Shown piece after piece: positions 60,598 to 64,000 of a stretch of 64,000 nt of DNA (position 1 is the stretch's first letter; the number at the start of each line of letters is the position of its first letter). Origin of the DNA: Mantamonas sphyraenae STR306 (taxonomy: Eukaryota; Protista; CRuMs); NCBI GenBank assembly GCA_026936335.1, contig JAPMXV010000042.1, positions 62,001 to 126,000 of the forward strand, read 5' to 3'. The notes beneath the pieces were generated by a model. It was not told the DNA's origin and ran no database searches. It saw only the letters and a program-made list of their open reading frames with translations. The position numbers and the translations under genes are program-made.

Positions 60598-63194
60598 ATG
60601 GTAAGCTGCACGCATTTCACGGCCATAGCGTCCAATTTGCGGTTTGCCCCGCCCTTTTCACATGCTGCGTGCACGCGTTGACACACTGGGCGCTCAGTCG
60701 AAGCTCAAGTCCATGTTCAAAAAGAAAAAGGCCGGCCTACAAACGTATGTGCCGGACATCAAGGAAGCCAAGAGTGAGGACGAGGGCACATTTGACTTTT
60801 TGGATGGCAGCACCACGTTCTCCGTGGTGAAAACCAACCGCATGGGCGTGCGTCAGGAACGCAGCATCAGGGTGAACTTTGCAAGTGAGACGGTGCAGAA
60901 CATGGACAAGGGCAAGATCAAGAAGGAGTTTCCCATCGACTGCATCACCAATGTCGAACGCGATCTGGACGATTGCTCCAAGATATCCCTGTCCTTCACG
61001 GACTACGGCCACGACTACGACCTCGAATTCAAAGACCCTGGCGAGCGCGAGCGGTTTGCAGCCATGATTTACATGCTGAGGCACAAGGAGGACTTTTCCA
61101 ACTTTGACGAGGTGAGTGGTGGCCAACAGTGCGAGGGTGTGTGTGGCCCCCTTTTGCGTTGGTTGGGAGCCGGGTTTGCGACCGGAAGTCAGAATGCCGT
61201 TTTTTCTTTTGGCACCCCACAGAGCCCTCTTTCGTGACGTGTACAGCTCCGGTGCGCTGACACACACGGGTGCCTTTGTGCATACACACACCTACTCATA
61301 CACACGCACGTGGCGTGCGGCGTACTGCAGCTGAGGAATGGCGACGCGACGGGGACGGAGGAGGAGCATGTGTACGAGCGTGTCCGTGTGTTTGCCGGCT
61401 CTTGGAACATGGGCGAAGCAGCGCCTCCGGACGACTTGTCACCGTGGATTCCGGCGGGCGAATACGATATTTATGCGATCGGGGTGCAGGTGAGTGGGAT
61501 GTCCAGAGTGCAAAGGCACACAAAAAGTGCCTCGTTTCGTGAGAGGAGAGGGGAGAGGCGCTGACACTCAGTCGACGAATGGCGTTTGCGTGGCCGTACA
61601 GGAATGCCATTACGACCCGCGCGGGTACACGAACGTGGAAGAGGATCTGAGCAATACGCTGCTGGATCATGTGGGCCGTGACGAGTACTACCTGGTGCAG
61701 GCACTGTCGTTGTGGGACATTCGCATCGTGGTGATTGCTCGCAGCTCGCTGGCAACCAAGATCAACAGTGCACAGTCCAGCAAGGTGGCCACGGGTCTGG
61801 CAGACATCTGTGGCAACAAGGGAGGCGCAGCAGTGTCCTTTTTTGTCAACGAGACGTCGTTGTGCTTTGTGAACTGCCATTTGGCAGCGCGTGCTGAGCG
61901 TGTGGCCATTCGCAATCGCAACGTGGCGGACATCATCGACGGCCTCTCGCTGGGCGGCTCCCACTCGGACATTTGCACAAAGTTTGACCATGTGTTCTGG
62001 TTCGGCGACATGAACTATCGTGTAACGGACCTGGAACGCTCCGATTGCCTGGCGCTGATTGAGAAGAAGGACTGGACGACGCTGCAGACGTACGAGCAGC
62101 TGCAACAGGAAAGAAAGGAAGAGAACCTGTTGACGGGTTTCCAGGAGGGGTTGGTCACGTTTGTGCCCACGTATCGCTACGAGCGGGGCTCGCGCGAGTG
62201 GAGCAAAGAGAAGCTGCACAATCTTCCGTCGTGGTGCGACCGTGTGTTGTGGAAGTCGCAACCCAACCTGCATGCGTACCAGACGTCGTACAACTGCACG
62301 TCGCAGCTGCTGACAAGTGACCACAGTCCCGTGTATGCCACCTTTTTCCTGGACACGTACAAGCCGTACTACCCGCTGGTGCTGCAGCCCAGCCCTCCCG
62401 TGTGTAATATCATCATCACTGGCCTACGTGCCACCCTTTGGGCAAACGAGGGTAACACGCAGAGCAGCGCCAATCCGTTCATCCGCTTCCAGTCCCCGTT
62501 GCTCGAGTCGGCCGTGTTTACAACCACACAGAACAAGACGCTGGAAGCCGAGTGGGCCGACAAGGACGTGCCTGTCCTCAACTCGGTGGTGACGCAGCTG
62601 CCGTACGTCGCTCGTCACTTTCTGTGGGTGGACGTGCTGGAACTGGACAGGGCGGTGGGCATGGGCTGGAACGTGCTCAGCCACGCCTCCATCTCCCTGA
62701 TGGACTCGTTTGTGGCTGGCGGAAAGACAGAGTTCAACGAACCGCTGCTGCTGCGAGGCACGCAGGTGGGCACCATTGAGGGTTCGGTGGAAATCAACAA
62801 CGACGAGAACGACCCTGCGCTGCTGCGGTCTCAGTCGTCCAACAGGCCACACAAGACCAAGTTTGGCAGGAAGCGCAGCAACAAGAAGGAGGAGACAATG
62901 AGTGCGGAGGAGGCAGAGATTCTGGACAAGATGACTGCAGGCGGTGACGATCTGGAGAGCGAGAACACAAGTGAGCGCAGCAGCAGCAGCAGCATGTCCA
63001 CCAGCTCACAGGGAGGCACCAGTGCTTCAGGAGGGCCCTCGGGTTCGCCTGCTTCGGCCATTGTAGCCAACAGCCAGCGGAGCAACAGCAGCGACGCTGT
63101 GCTCGAAGGCAAAACGGCAGACGATCTCGCGCGGGAGAGCATGCGCAACAAGCTCAAACCACGCAGCGGCTCCTTTTTCCGAAGGGGGAAGTGA
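60598..63194 (+). CDS. Inositol polyphosphate 5-phosphatase (PH-like + 5-phosphatase + C2-like; first coding exon is only the ATG)
   Basis: VFAGSWNMG, GNKGGAAV, FVNCHLAA, WFGDMNYR, PSWCDRVLW, SDHSPV; ATG then gtaagc intron 60601-60697. Confidence 0.92.
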
Positions 63195-63424
63195 GTGTGC
63201 CAAAGAGGGAGTGTTTGCCAATGGGAATGGATTGGGAACCGCACGTTTGCCGCTTTGCCGCTTTGCCGCGTTGCCTTGTCGTTGTTGATGTCAGAGTGTG
63301 GACTTTGTTCCGTTGTCGGTACTTATGTGTGGGAGAGCGCGTATGTGTGCGGGTGTGCCAGCAAGGGAGAGCTGTGGCATGCTGCGGCGGCGCAGCCATC
63401 CCCTTTTCGCGAGACTTCTCCCCC

Positions 63425-64000
63425 ATGAGCAGCAGCAGCTCGGCTCCAGTCAAGAACATTGTGTGCATCGGTGCAGGCTACGTGGGTGGTCCCACCATGG
63501 CCAAGATTGCCGAAAAGTGCCCGGACATCACCGTGACCATTGTCGACGTGTGGCAGGCGCGCATCGACGCTTGGAACTCCGACAAGTTGCCCATCTTTGA
63601 GCCCGGCCTCGAGGATATTGTCATGAGCGTGCGCAACAAGAACCTCTTCTTCACCACAGACACGTCTGTCATGCAGGACGCCGATGTCATCTTCATCGCC
63701 GTCGGCACCCCCACAAAGAGCTCGGGCGTCGGCAAGGGTGCGTTTTGCCCTCTCTGGAAACCGCTGCCCACCTTGCGCGCGCACACACACACGCCCCTCG
63801 CTCACACCTTCATTCTTTCTTGCTTTCTCCTTCCCCAACAGGCAAAGCTGCTGACCTCACTTACGTCGAGAGCGCCGCACGTAGCATTGCTGCTGTACGT
63901 GGTGTGCATTCCCCGCCGTTTCTGCGCCTCCCTACGTTTTCTCCCCTCTCCACACACACACGACCCATGTTTCGGCATTGTGCATACGCAGTAGATGATG
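63425..64000 (+). CDS. UGDH: UDP-glucose 6-dehydrogenase (5' part, runs off the window)
   Basis: IVCIGAGYVGGPT, RIDAWNSDKLPIFEPGL, FIAVGTPTK. Confidence 0.95.

Overview
Very gene-dense, GC-rich nuclear DNA from a eukaryotic microbe (protist-like; taxon not determinable from this window). It has short GT-AG introns with CA-rich 3' ends and CTGAC/CTCAC-type branch points, and about 32 protein-coding genes that are often under 100 bp apart. Housekeeping genes include NAA80, RPT3, THUMPD1, mitochondrial L28, RPL4, CARMIL, GLTP, mitochondrial TrpRS, TBC1D19, an inositol 5-phosphatase and UGDH. The standout locus is an intronless ORF of about 1,685 aa (55317-60374). Its C-terminus carries the TnpB/Fanzor RuvC plus zinc-finger signature with the Fanzor-type rearranged glutamate. 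It has a roughly 1,400-aa N-terminal region that may contain a degenerate FEN/XPG (PIN) fold. It is followed immediately by a nested multi-stem non-coding element of about 160 nt, a candidate omega-RNA. No transposase is visible nearby. Other oddities: five gustatory-receptor-like 7TM channel paralogues, a stand-alone furin/kexin prodomain gene, a six-kinase-domain plus MORN protein, an OSCA/TMEM63 channel with a large ectodomain, and a signal-peptide PP2C. About 12 small frameshifts interrupt otherwise intact genes and are most likely assembly indels. All assignments come from reading motifs by eye; no searches were run.
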